From positions 1,984,001 to 2,048,000 of the forward strand of contig OX597819.1 of assembly GCA_951406725.2 (NCBI GenBank): 64,000 nt of DNA, in the 5' to 3' direction. Origin of the DNA: Octopus vulgaris. Taxonomy: Eukaryota. The notes beneath the pieces were generated by a model. That model saw nothing but the letters and a program-made list of their open reading frames with translations. It was not told where the DNA came from and did not search any database. Position 1 is the stretch's first letter. Each line of letters begins with the position of its first letter. The position numbers and the translations under genes were made by a program. Shown one piece after another: positions 1 through 11,799 of this stretch.

Positions 1-2050
1 GTGGTTTCGGCAGACCAAGCCATTTTCTGATAAACACACTGCATCTTTGTTCCATTCTTTCTACTCTACTCGAGGCTATTTCGTACCTTTGCAATGGCCA
101 CATTATTCTTGAGTACAGCCCAAATTGCAGTATCCAACATTTGAATTTTCCCGGCAGCGTTGTTCTGTCAATTGCCTTTAATCCTTCTTCTACTAACTCA
201 TGTGTTTCTTTCCCTTGCTTCTTATCATTTAATAAATCTCTATACCATCTGCCGAGACTCTTTACTGGTTGTTCTTTCACCGTTGGTATGTCTTCACCTC
301 CTATCCTGAATTTCACTTCTTCTTGCCTTCCTTTCACGAAAGCCACGCTTCGAGATTTTTTGGCTTTGAACTTCATCAGTTCGTTTGCCCATGCTATCAG
401 TTCGTCCAACCGCTCTGCTGCTTCTCTACTTTCTGATAATATAGTTACGTCGTCCATAAAAGCCCTTTATGGTGACTTTGTAAAAGCTTTCTCACAGTTT
501 GTAGATCTAAGTAACATGTCCATGACTAGCACTAATAAGGTGACTGATATCGTGTATCTAGCTTCAATACTTATTTCAAGCCGTTGCCACTCCGTTGTGA
601 ACTTTCCTGCTGTAAATCTCATCCTCAGGTTGTCGTAGTACGACATGAGCATTCATTGAACATCTTTTGGAATCCAAAAGAAGTCCATCGCTGTTTTTAT
701 TATTGCGTGCAGAACAGATCCATAAGCATTGGCAAGATCTAGCCAAACAATATATAGGTTTTTCTTCATTTGTTTTGCATAGGTGATGGCTTCCCAGATG
801 GCAAATGCGTGTTCTATGCACCCAGGGATTCCGGGGATACCTGCTTTTTGGATTGCTTCATTAACGTACCCGTTATGCTGTACGAATCTTATGATTCGTC
901 GAGAAAAATAATTCCAAACATGATTTTCCCGTCAGTATTTAATAATGAAATTGGTCTAAATTGGCCTAGTGCCTTTGCCTCTTTTTCTTTAGGTAGATAG
1001 ATACCTTTGGCTATACACCATCGCTCCGCTACATCTTTCTTCTTCCACATTTCTCTTATCAGTGCAAACAGCTGCAAACGTAATTTCGGGCAATATGTAT
1101 ATACCTTGTAGCTCACTCCATCGTTCCCTGGTGAACTTTTTGCTCTTGCTTTTCTTATGAGCTCATCCATTTCTTTCCGTTTCATGTCGCTCAATTCAAA
1201 TGGTACTCTTGGTTCAGGTGGTTTCTTCAGTCCGTGCATTTCTGGGAGTACTTCATTTCTGTCAGAGTCGATGTATGTCTCATTCAGATGTTGTTCGAGC
1301 TCTTCTTTCGTGCAATCCAATTTTCCGCTTTTACTTTCAGTAACTAAATGTTTCGCATATTAATAGGAATTGTTCACAAAGCTAGTTTTTTTTTCTCTCT
1401 CCTTTCTTCTACTCTTCCTTCTTTGTTTTCTTAGCAGGTCTCGATGCCTCTCTTTTATCTCTTCATATAGCTGCTTTAGCCCTTCTCTTTCCTCCTCCTT
1501 TGCATCCCTCCATCTGGTTCTGAGTTTTTTTTTCTCTCTCTCGAATCTTTGCGATCCGTCTTTCTCTCCTCGATGGTCCACTCTTTGCCGTTGATTCTAC
1601 CCTCCCTGTTGTTTCCAGTCCAAATCGTTTCTCTCCTTCCTGGTAGATTGTATTAGCCAGGTTTTCGAGCTTTTGTTCGTCGTCACCTTTGAATTTGGTG
1701 GTCATTCTTGCTACCTCGTTGTCAAATTTTTTATAACTCGCTGCCTCATTTGCTTTCGGCCACTTAATCTTTGTCCCCTTCACGCCTATCAATCTTTTAG
1801 ACTGTTCCAATTTAACTGTGGAATGAACCTCGCTATGGTTATTTTCCAGGGAGTTCTGGCCACACGTCTTATGGAATATATACAGTTGTAAGATTGAAAA
1901 ACCATATTTCTCTGCCGCTCGCATCCACTGCAATCAACTTTCTACTTAGATCCAGAATGACTGTATATACTTCAATCTTCAAGGTTTCCTGAACAACCCT
2001 TTCGCACTCTTACCCAATACTGACAGACTACAAGAACAGTATGCTTTGTA
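1..2050 (-). mobile_element. Decayed HERO-clade (RLE-type) non-LTR retrotransposon: N-terminal and RT region, continuing past the left window edge
   Basis: Minus-strand frames give KIKWPKANE...EKRFG, KSSPGNDGVSY, CIAKGIYLPKEKEAKALGQFRPISLLNTDGKI, AFMDDVT (~445-466) and MKFKAKKSRS...IPTVKEQPVKSLGRWY...LPGKFKCWILQFGLY. There are several frameshifts. The motifs match my recollection of HERO proteins. Confidence 0.8.
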
Positions 2051-2342
2051 GTAGGCTAAGATGGCTGCAACAGTACACACTGTAAAACTCCGTTCAGCTG
2101 ATGACTACTATGTCTGTGTCTAGTGACCTAATCTTTCTTCTAAGTTGACCTCAACCTATGTATATTTATACATAAGTATAACCACTTATATGAACTTGCC
2201 CTTCCCTTCCAAACAATGGTAAAAGAGAAGAGGTGTGGAGACTGTTTTGATATAAGTTTATTTTCTCTTGTTTTTGTATTTGCTTTGGTTTTCGTGCTTT
2301 TTCTCTTCTCTGCAGTTGTAGTTGTGTCTGTTTTTGTAAGTA

Positions 2343-2545
2343 CATTAATCCCTCGACTATCGTAGGTGTTACGTTCCCAACCCCAATCCCCGAAGATAGG
2401 TGAAAATCCGCGAAGTAGAAACAGTACTGCACTGTATTTTTTTTTATAATTTGTATATATTTGTTTTATTATAAATATAAAACAACACCACGGAGGAATC
2501 GACCTAAGATTAAATAATAAACCGCGATACGGCGAGGGATTACTG
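2343..2545. mobile_element. Tigger/pogo-like MITE (~200 bp) with TA target duplication
   Basis: Left end is TA|CATTAATCCCTCG and right end is CGAGGGATTACTG|TA: 13-bp TIRs with 1 mismatch, and no coding capacity. Confidence 0.75.
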
Positions 2546-3169
2546 TATTGTTTGTGTTGATATTAGCTCTGATGTTAGTGTTTCTGCTGGTATTTATTTT
2601 CATCCTTAATGAGTGGCTGGTTTAATAGCAGGTATTCCGCTCTCACCTGTCGTGTCATTTGAATTTGAGTTGGCTCCTGTAACAGTAATGTTTTTTTTTC
2701 TCTTCAGGGACGAAGGTGTCGTCCTGCCCACTTCGCACGATGAACTTTCTGACGCCAAGTTTTAATCGTGAACAGGAGAAAACTGTGTGAATGAATGTGT
2801 GTTCAAGTATTTTTGTGTCTTGGCAGACTTGCAGATGAGCGAGGCATTTAGCTATTTATTTAAATGGTGTTGGAGTTTTTTTCTAGGCAGTGGTACTTAT
2901 TTCCGCGGTTACTGCTGTCCCTCATTTTATCGTTTTGCTTCTTGTTCTCGTTGTTGTTGCTATTGTTGTTGTTACTGCTTTTATTGTTGCAGTATTTTCT
3001 CATTTTATTGCTTACGCTATGGTCACCATGACATCGACAATGAAACAAAATCATCGGATGAAACAAAATCAAATTTCCTCATTCAACCTTAGCTCACTCA
3101 CTTTTCATTCTCGCTTGGCTGCTCTGGTTTTTCTCTCCTCCAAATATTACCAGGTATTTGCTTGAATCC

Positions 3170-3525
3170 ATCTTTTATCTTAGTCACTCAATGGACTGAA
3201 TGTTTCCGTCAGTGTTTCAGTCAATGGACAGCGGCCATGCTGGGGCACTGCTGTGAAGGCTTTAGTAGAGCCAAAGTGACCCATGTAATTATTTTTACAT
3301 TTGTTACATATTCTATCAGTTTCTTTGCCGAACCGCTCAGTTACAGGAACATAAACAAACGAACACCAGTTTTCAAGTTATGATGGCAGGAAAACATGAC
3401 ACAAACATAAGGACACATTATGACATTCACTAACAATGCATTGATCGGGCCGGGGCCGTGCTGTGGGTTTGAAACTGAAATTACAGGGTTGCAAAGCGAG
3501 CTTCTTAACCACACAGCCATACCTA
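3170..3525 (-). mobile_element. Degenerate copy of tRNA-head SINE family B (same family as 61681-62104)
   Basis: Shares tttcagtca..gcggccatgctgg.gcac and ttgccgaaccgct.agttac with the 61.7-kb copy. The minus-strand head reads tggctgtgtggttaagaagctcgc. Confidence 0.7.
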
Positions 3526-3784
3526 TACCATGTTGATTTTTAAAGACAAAAACGGTTTTCAAATTTTAAAGATTCAAAGTGTTAGATCCCCCAATAGGGC
3601 TTTGTCAAATCTCAGCAATAACATCTAGATGTAAATTGTGAATAATTCTGACTGATCGACTAAAAGTAAGCCAATAAATGAGAAAACAGAAACCCAATTC
3701 ATCGAAGTTCGATACACATTTTTCGAACTCAGAATCATGTGTGATGTTGCATATTGATATATACAAAGGTTAAATGTAATATGC

Positions 3785-3970
3785 CGGACAAAAATGTTTA
3801 GCGGCATTTCGTCCGTCTGTACGTTCTCAGTTCAAATTCTGCCGGGGTCGACTTTGCCTTTCATCGTTTTGGGGTCGATTAAATAAGTACCAGTTGAGCA
3901 CTGGTGTCGATGTAATCGACTTATCCCTTCCGACGAAATTGCAGGCCTTGCACCAAAATTTGAAATCCAT
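3785..3970 (+). mobile_element. MetaSINE-like SINE family A, monomer
   Basis: B-box-like gttcaaattc followed by gtcgactttgcctttcatc...ggtcgattaaataagtaccag (Meta-domain-like). Confidence 0.8.
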
Positions 3971-4009
3971 ATTTTAAGAACGGCCCTATTATTACTTGTA
4001 GTATTAGTT

Positions 4010-6277
4010 TCTTCATTAGCCACCAGAAGGCACACAATAACGCGAAGATTACAAGGACAAAATTGCACAGTGTTGGGGCGGGTGTGCGTATAAATTAAAT
4101 ATAATAAAAAAAATGGAGTAACAATAAAACATTAAATATGGAAAATTCTCCCCAATGGAGGAAGACCTAGAATGGGCTAACGGTGAAACAACGGTCACCC
4201 TTCTAGCGCTTTCTGTCTGTTACCATCCGCCAGTTCTAACAGCGCATGCTCAGAGTCAGTCTGTTCACTAGGACCGTGCTTCCCACTTTCATCAACTTTT
4301 GAACAAATTTACTGAAAAGTATACTTCCATCTCTATGCTCACTTTCCTTTGAAGTGAAACGAGAATATGTTGAAGACTTAGGCAGAAGGGAAAGTGTTTG
4401 TCTTCAAACACATCTATCAAATCCAGAGCCACCAAATAGATGAAAACTGCCTGCTTTTCCCGGCAAAAGGAAGACAGTAGGAAGATCTCCACAATGGATT
4501 CAGATGAGCCCATTCCTGAATCCCTTTCTCACAGGACAACAATTGCTCAACATGAGCTCCCTTGTTGCTAATGCTTGGGTACTGGACGAGCGAGTGCAGA
4601 GCGGTTTCATTGCTCTGCACTATTCTCAAACAAGATCCACCGGTGGTATTTCCGTAGCTGTGGAGTTTATTTCAAACCAACAATGACCACGGTAGCATTA
4701 TCACAACAAGGACTTCTGGGAATTATGTATGGGATCTAACCTGAAAATAAACCCGCAATGAACCAGCCATTTGATTCGTTGACTCCAAGACTGTCCTTGA
4801 GAATATCGTTAGTTTTGATAAGCATTAATGCTCCATAAATTTCCACGAATTTCCACTCGCAGCGACTGGTAGAGGGCTGCGAGTGCGGGATGAAATTCCA
4901 GCCGCCAAGCGCCAGGTTTTGGCTTTTGCTTCACTCAAATTTTTGTGAGGGCAAATCTGTTTTGTCGCTTTTCTTTTCTTTTTTTTCTCCTTTCTTACAG
5001 TGAACGGTTTTCTATTCATCTATATCGCCTTCCTTGCAGGACATAATAGAATGATCTGAAGGGACAGGAGTATGTCTTGAGTTGTGTTGGGTATTTCTGA
5101 TGTTGATATTGTTTGTCTTCTTGTAGTTGTTGTCATGCAGCTTCTGTTGCTGCTTTACTTCGTGCTGCTGTATTTTTTGTGACTGCTGCTTTTGCAGCTG
5201 TTACTGCTACTGTAGCCATTGTCAGTTTTTGGGGCTACTACTGATTTGACTGTTGAAGGCTTTATTGTTACTGCTGATGCGACATTTTGCATTTCGCCCT
5301 CTACTTGATTTACTTATCAATGGTCCTCTGGCATATAAAATGAGATCAGGATAGTTTCGATTCTCTGCTGATCTGCTCGGACCAAAAGTTGCATTCGTAT
5401 CGCCAACCAGTTTTCCTTGCGTAGGTCACGCACTTCTCCTATATTTATCACATCCTCAAAGTTGGCCCAAACGACTGCGAGCGACGAGCTGGTGTTTATA
5501 TCTGGTGACACGTCTACCACTCTTACCTTCAATATGCGTCGGTATGAGGATATCAGGATTAATTCCTAATTTTTAAGAGACACTACAGAGTGGATTTTTA
5601 CCTTAATGTCCCTAGGGAATTTAATTTCAACTGCACCATAGTACCTGTCATGAATGGACACCCGTTGGCATGTTGGCATTTGCACTCATCTATATTTTTT
5701 CCTATGTTTTTTTCTATGTTTTTTCCCAGTTTGTTCTAATATCAAACAATTCGACTGCGAAATGTCTTCCATTTTTAAATCAAACTTCTCTGATGCTCTT
5801 GTGGCTTTTACTAATGACCTAGTTTTTGCAGATGCTTGATTATAAATTCTTTGATTGCTGACGGGGTGACTGGGTATACTGATGGTGATGACGTCTTTGT
5901 TTTTTAATAGGGGAGCTGAATATTTTATCGTTGAAGTGGTAACGGCAGCAACGAAACTAATTCTGTTGCCACTGTATAACTGTCGGCTGCTGGAATGATA
6001 ATGCTAATGGTGGTATTTAATAGGATGTTGATCTCTTTGTTTAGCATGTTGTTATTGTTATTGTAGCATTTCTTTTCTTTACTTTTGCCGTTCTCATCGG
6101 TAGTGGGGTTGTTGTTGTTGGTGGTGGTGGTGGGGGGCTACTGCTGCTGCTGCTGCTGCTGCATGTGGTAGCAGTGGTATTACTGCCAACGGCCATTCTT
6201 TTGTTTTTGTTGCTATTATTGTTGTTGTTGAAGCTACTGCTGCCTCTGCTGCTGCTGCTGTCTCTGCTGCTGCTGTC

Positions 6278-6312
<35 letters not shown>

Positions 6313-6720
6313 CTCTGCTGCTGCTGTCTCTGCTGCTGTCTCTGCTGCTGCTGTCTCTGCTGCTGTCTCTGCTGCTGCTGTCTCTGCTGCTGCTGGTGCT
6401 GCCTCTGCTGCTGGTGCTGCCTCTGCTGCTGCTGCTGCTGCCTCTGCTGCTGCCGGTGTTGCTGCTGTAGCTTTTGCTGATGCTGCTGCTGCTAGTTGTA
6501 GTAGCGATTATGTTACTTTTTACAATTTCTATTTTGATGAGGGTTATATCAATGCTCGTCTCCCGTCGGCTGGTTGATCAGGCTACCACCATCTTAAAAA
6601 CTACGCTTGTCGACAATATAAACTTTTAAAAGTTTTTTTCAAATATGATATCCCCAAGGGGGAAACGATATTATTATCGAGATTCTGGCTAGATATACGA
6701 TGAGACAAAAAGTGTATATT
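4010..6720 (-). mobile_element. Internally deleted Tx1-clade LINE (ORF1 remnant, ORF2 C-terminus and 3' UTR)
   Basis: The 3' end (ttcattagccac) resembles the 3' end of the 11.5-kb element. 4200-4900 parallels that element's ORF2 C-terminus (QSNETALHSLVQYP), and 5300-5850 parallels its ORF1. No EN or RT core is visible. Confidence 0.6.
6139..6493. repeat. Compound (CTG)n repeat interrupted by TCTCTG/CCTCTG
   Basis: Directly visible; it explains the poly-L ORF 6165-6470. Confidence 0.95.
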
Positions 6721-6744
6721 GTTATTATAAGGAATAATAAAATG

Positions 6745-6930
6745 GATTTCAAATTTTGGCGCACGTTGAGAAATTTTTTAGCGGAATGGATTTGTTGATT
6801 ACATCAGTCTTAGTACTTGACTGGTACCTACTTTATCGACCCTGGTGAGATGAAACTTACAGTTGACCTCGACGGAATTTGAACAGAGCACATAACGAGA
6901 AGAAATATCCGCTAAGCGTTTTGTCAGATG
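6745..6930 (-). mobile_element. Diverged SINE family A monomer
   Basis: ctggtacctactttatcgaccc...gttgacctcgacggaatttgaac is the reverse complement of the family A core. Confidence 0.7.
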
Positions 6931-7399
6931 CCCTATCTCATATCTTTTTCTCTTTTTCTCTTTGCATCTCTCTCTCGCTCTTCCTCTTCCTCGCCGATGT
7001 ATATGTATACGTAAGTGTGTGTATATGTGTGCGTGCGTGTATTTATGAATCTATATGTGCGCGAGCGCATATGTACGCTGCATTTAAATTTTCAACAACC
7101 CAATTCATCACTTTAACTCGCAGGCTATATGCGCACACCCTACCCGTCCCCTCACCACTCCATTGCATACTTTCGCACAGTGAAGCACAAATGCTCTCGT
7201 ACCATCTCTCTCTCCCTCTCTATCTCTCTCTCTCTCTCTCTCATTCTCTCTCATTTCCCCCTCCTTCCTTCTTTTCTTTATCTTGTGGAAACAAGGAAAG
7301 CAATTTTCATGTCTCCGCGTATTTTATTTAAATAGGTACTTGACACTCGCTCCTTCACCACCACCACCACCATAACTGATATCGTGAAATTGAATCGCA

Positions 7400-10180
7400 A
7401 ATGTAGGGGCGTCGGTGACTAAAGTGGCAATCCAACGTAGCTGGCTTTGTGAGGAAGGTATTTTTCTTGCTACTTGGTCACTCTGGATGAGAAAAATAAG
7501 ACCCGTCTAAGGGCGGATGAACTCTGAGGAATCAACGGCCATCCAAATGGCACTTCTGTATTAGCACTGCCGTTTGAGCCAGTGCCGCTCAGGACATCAA
7601 CAATAATGATAATAATAACGGCTATCCTGAGAGTAAAAATGACAGAGAACGTCTTCACGAGGATAAGTCTACACAGCGGGGAAAAGGTCCCTTGGCTGGC
7701 AACTCCCTAGAGAAGGTGTATAGATAAAACACTGGTGTCCGTGACACCGGACCAACACAGCCCTCTTTATGAGTGTAATGCCAAAGAAAAATCATGACAA
7801 AAGCGTTCACGAGACCCGAATCCCGAATGAATGTCACTCGCACAACAAGTTCTTCACTGCGCAGATGAGAGGACCTGGTCGTTATCCAGATACTGCTACA
7901 ATGTTTAGGAGAAAGTGGACTTAAAACGTCAATAGAACAATAATGGGATTTTATTACAGAATCAAGCCTATTAAAATCTGATACCGGAAAAGAATGCATA
8001 AAATTTGGATATGTTGCCTATCACGGCGCAAAGGTGTCTAAACCCAAATATTTAAACTTGAGAAGACTGTGGCTATCCCAGCTGAAACTGGGGGAGATCT
8101 CCCTCCACAATAGTGTGAAAGTAACTACGCTGGACTCGAAGAATAAAAAAAAAAACAGGACAAGAACAAAGATTAGCAGAGGGACCAGTAACCATCTACA
8201 AAAGAAAGAGCTGTTTGTGTGATGGTGAATTCTAATTTGCGGATGGAAACTCTGTTACAGGAGAAGAAAGAAACTTACTACTACACCTGAACAAGGTGCG
8301 AAATAGCGAAAGAAAGATGCTATCAGCTCAGAGAGGAGTTGAAAGAGGAAGATAATATAAAGTAAAGAAAGTGATGGACGAACTATTAAAGAAAATTTAC
8401 ATCAGAAACATAAAAGATCTAAACGACCTTATTTACTGCACAGCCTCTGTCGCTGTGCAAAGCCTTATGGATTAAAAGTAAAAGAACAACAAAAAGAAAA
8501 GCCCCATGGTAGAAACGAAGGCTTCACAACGAAATAGATCGATCAGCTCAAGTGAGACCTTCAGTGGTTACATGCGGTCATAGAAAAGAAAAGTGCAAGA
8601 AAAAGACACAGGAACCAGAACCCAAACTGAGACAACTGCAAAGGAAAGAAAATTGTATAAACAAGTGAAGAATGAAGAGAAAACACCAAGGAAATGATGT
8701 CATATGCCGAGGTAGCAAGGAAATTCTGGGCAAAGATCTGGAGCAAAGAGGTCCAACATAATATAAAAGCAATCTGGTTACCGGAATGTAAAAGAGAAAT
8801 GGAAACTGGAGTGAGACAAAATATAACTATCACGGATAAGAAAGTAAAAGAGATGATTAAGAAAATATCAAACTGGAAGGCTCCCCAAACCAGAAGGTGT
8901 CCAGGGTGTCTGGCTCAAGAATCTCCCAAGTATACACAATTATATGCGACCATTTTTTACTGACTGCATGTAGAATGGAGCACCAACATGGATGACAAAA
9001 GAAAAGACAGTGCTACTATAAACAGACGAAGAAAAGAGTGGGGAATCGCCAATTATAGGATCGCCAATTTGCTTATAATTACTTTAGAAATTATTAACTG
9101 GACTCATAGCAGAAGACGTATATAATTTTCTGGAAAAGGAGAATCTATTGCCAGCAGAATAATAAAATGATGTAGGAAGAAATGAAGGGGAACTGCTTAA
9201 TTGCTATATAGGCAGATAGCAGAGCGTTAAATGAGGCACGAACAAGTAAGAAGAATTTGACTGCTGCATGGATAGATTACTGGAAGGCTACGACAATGTA
9301 CCCTACACTTGGCGCTTTGGATATCTAAGGACGCTAGGAGTCAATGAGAAGGTAAGCAAGTTTTTGCAGAATGCAATGAGAGTTTGGGGAGTAGAACTGA
9401 TATGTGTAAATGAATCGCCAGTAACAAGAAAATATGCATTTTCTAACCCTTCGTTACTGCGCTAATCCAACTGAGAAGTATACTAAGAAAGTCCAGGCCT
9501 GAAATGAAATAAATCGCCCACTTAATATGGATGACCTCAAGCTGTGTACAAAAAGTGAGGCAGACCTAAACTCTATAGTCCAAACAGTAAGAGTATTTTG
9601 TAAAGATCTTGGAATGCAGTTTGGAGATAAATAAATGTGCAGTATTATTTATGAAGAGGCCGGAAGGTAAACACTGATGACATAAAATTATCACAAGGAT
9701 TATCATTAGATTAGATCGCTCTGGTATAATGAGGGGTACAACTATCTAGGAACTCTTTAAGATAAGATAATGGAGGTGGGTAATGAGAGAAAAAGTCACT
9801 TAAAACTACAGGATCTTGTAGGATTTCCTCATAAAGACTCACCATACTATTGATGCAAGAAGACCAAATATGATCATAGAAGACAAAATAAACAAACAAT
9901 AAATGATCATTGACTTTGCAATTCCCTATCATGGTAGAGTCGATGACAAAGGAATTGAAAACGTCGAGAAATACCAGGATCTAGCCAGAGAACTGGGGAA
10001 ACTGGAAGACCAAGACAACAATTATTCCCGTAGTAATTGGTGCACTTGTCACAACACCCAAACTGCTATCTAAAAGACTGAAATAGATCGGAATTGAAAC
10101 TCCCATTGTCGACCTGCAGAAAAGTACCATCCTATATTCTGCAGGAATCCTAAGGAAAGTCCTTAAGATTTGAGATCTGA
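7400..10180 (+). mobile_element. Near full-length, heavily decayed R4/Dong-clade (RLE) non-LTR retrotransposon
   Basis: N-terminal RRKWT..NRTIMGFYY (~7905-7960); KFWAKIWS; ISNWKAP; MDDLKL (~9528-9545); RLE C-terminus IDFAIPY..RVDDK..EKYQDLAREL..IIPVVIGAL..LQKSTILYSAGILRKVL (9900-10170). Confidence 0.85.
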
Positions 10181-10368
10181 TGTCACAAAAATTCAAGATA
10201 AAATGCATGCTAAATAAATTAGCATGCAGTAGCATAATAATGTTTCAAATTTTCGCACTAGGCCAGCAAAGTCGCCTTCGAAGGAATTTGAGATTAGAAC
10301 GTAAAGAGCTGGAAAAAATGCTGTTCGACACGCTAACGTTTCTGCCAGCTCACCGCCATACTACTAAC

Positions 10369-10389
10369 ACCACCACCACCACCACCACC

Positions 10390-10455
<66 letters not shown>

Positions 10456-10546
10456 GCTACTACTACTACTACTACTTTAATGCTGCTGCTACTGCTAATA
10501 CTACAAATATTAATAATAATAATAATAATGATAATAATAATAATAA
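10369..10546. repeat. Compound trinucleotide microsatellite (ACC)n(ACT)n...(AAT)n
   Basis: Directly visible. Confidence 0.95.
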
Positions 10547-11435
10547 TACTGTGTCGCATTTGTAATAGAGTGGGTGAAACCGTTGTCCATATCACAAACG
10601 AATGCCCTAGACTTGCCCAAGACCACTACAAGTTGTGACGAGATGATCAGGTAGCGAAAGTGCTATATTGGGAACTATGCGAAAAGTGGGGGCTAGAGAG
10701 ACCAAGATGTGGTGTGAGCACAAATCGCAATGAATGGAGACTTAGTTTGAATATTATTAGCTGGTCAATTACTGAAATCTGCAAGCTTGATAGAAATATC
10801 CGAAAATTGTAAACAGGGAATAAAATGCATGGCTCTTAGGCAAATGTAGAGCGATTTTACTTGCCAAGAAAAGAGTGTGGTCGTGGAGATTTACAACTTG
10901 AATTGACAATGAGCAATGCCATAATTGGCCTAAACACTTACCTGAAAAATTCTGAATACTGGATGCTAAAACTTGTCTTAAAGCATGAAAACAAGAAAAC
11001 TTCATATTCATTAACAAAACAAGCAAGGACATATCAATACAGCAAGTCCCAATATTAGACGTATTGGAAAAACTAAGCGTATGAATACCCTTGCTAAAAC
11101 TGCTGCCTTAGATATTCTTACTGATAAGTAACAAGAAAAACCTCTCAAGGGCGAATACCCAAAGAGTAAATACCCATGCTAATGTTGACAAAGCCCTTAC
11201 TTATCAATGGTTATCGTCTTCTGGTTTAAAATTAGAAACAGAAAGGTCTATCATAGCAGCACAGAATCAATGCCTACCTACAAGAAGCTACCAGGCCAAC
11301 ATCTTAAAGAACATACATGTCGTGTATGTAAACAACAAGCTGAAACCATCGATCATGTTGTCTCCATGTGCAGCCTTCTTGCGCCTACAGGGTATTTCAA
11401 CAGGCATGATAGAGCGGCACAGTATATTCACTCAG
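10547..11435 (+). mobile_element. Two further R4/Dong-clade 3' fragments with CCHC knuckles
   Basis: CRICNRVGETVVHITNECPRLAQ; LPRKECGRG; IIAAQNQCLPT; CRVCKQQAETIDHVVSMCSLLAPTGYFNRHDRAAQYIH. Confidence 0.85.
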
Positions 11436-11537
11436 TAATTTATTTTATCGTCCCCGAAAGGATAAAAGGTAAAGTCGACATCGACAGTATTTGAACTAAG
11501 CATTTTGCGCGGTAACGATTCTGCCAGCTCACCGCCT
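11435..11537 (-). mobile_element. Partial SINE family A
   Basis: ttttatcgtccccgaaaggataaaaggtaaagtcgac...tctgccagctcaccgcc. Confidence 0.75.
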
Positions 11538-11799
11538 GAATAATAATAATTATTAATATTTCATTTATTAGCCACTAGGGTAGACATATATGGGACGATA
11601 CAGTAGACATGGACTGTGGGGATTTTACACAGAAACAACTAGTACACAGTTAAAAGAATAACAATGATATCCAACAAAAGAATATAACAATGGAAGTTCC
11701 CTAATTGGGGGAGGTAACCACTCGGAGTTGACTTCGGTACCCCAAAAATCCTGAACCACTCGACGCTTCGAGGTCATCTCGGAGGAGTACCCTTCTTCC

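Noticed and set aside
7400-7560. HDV-like ribozyme at the 5' end of the Dong-like element
   Set aside because: Only simple hairpins are visible; I could not build the double pseudoknot.
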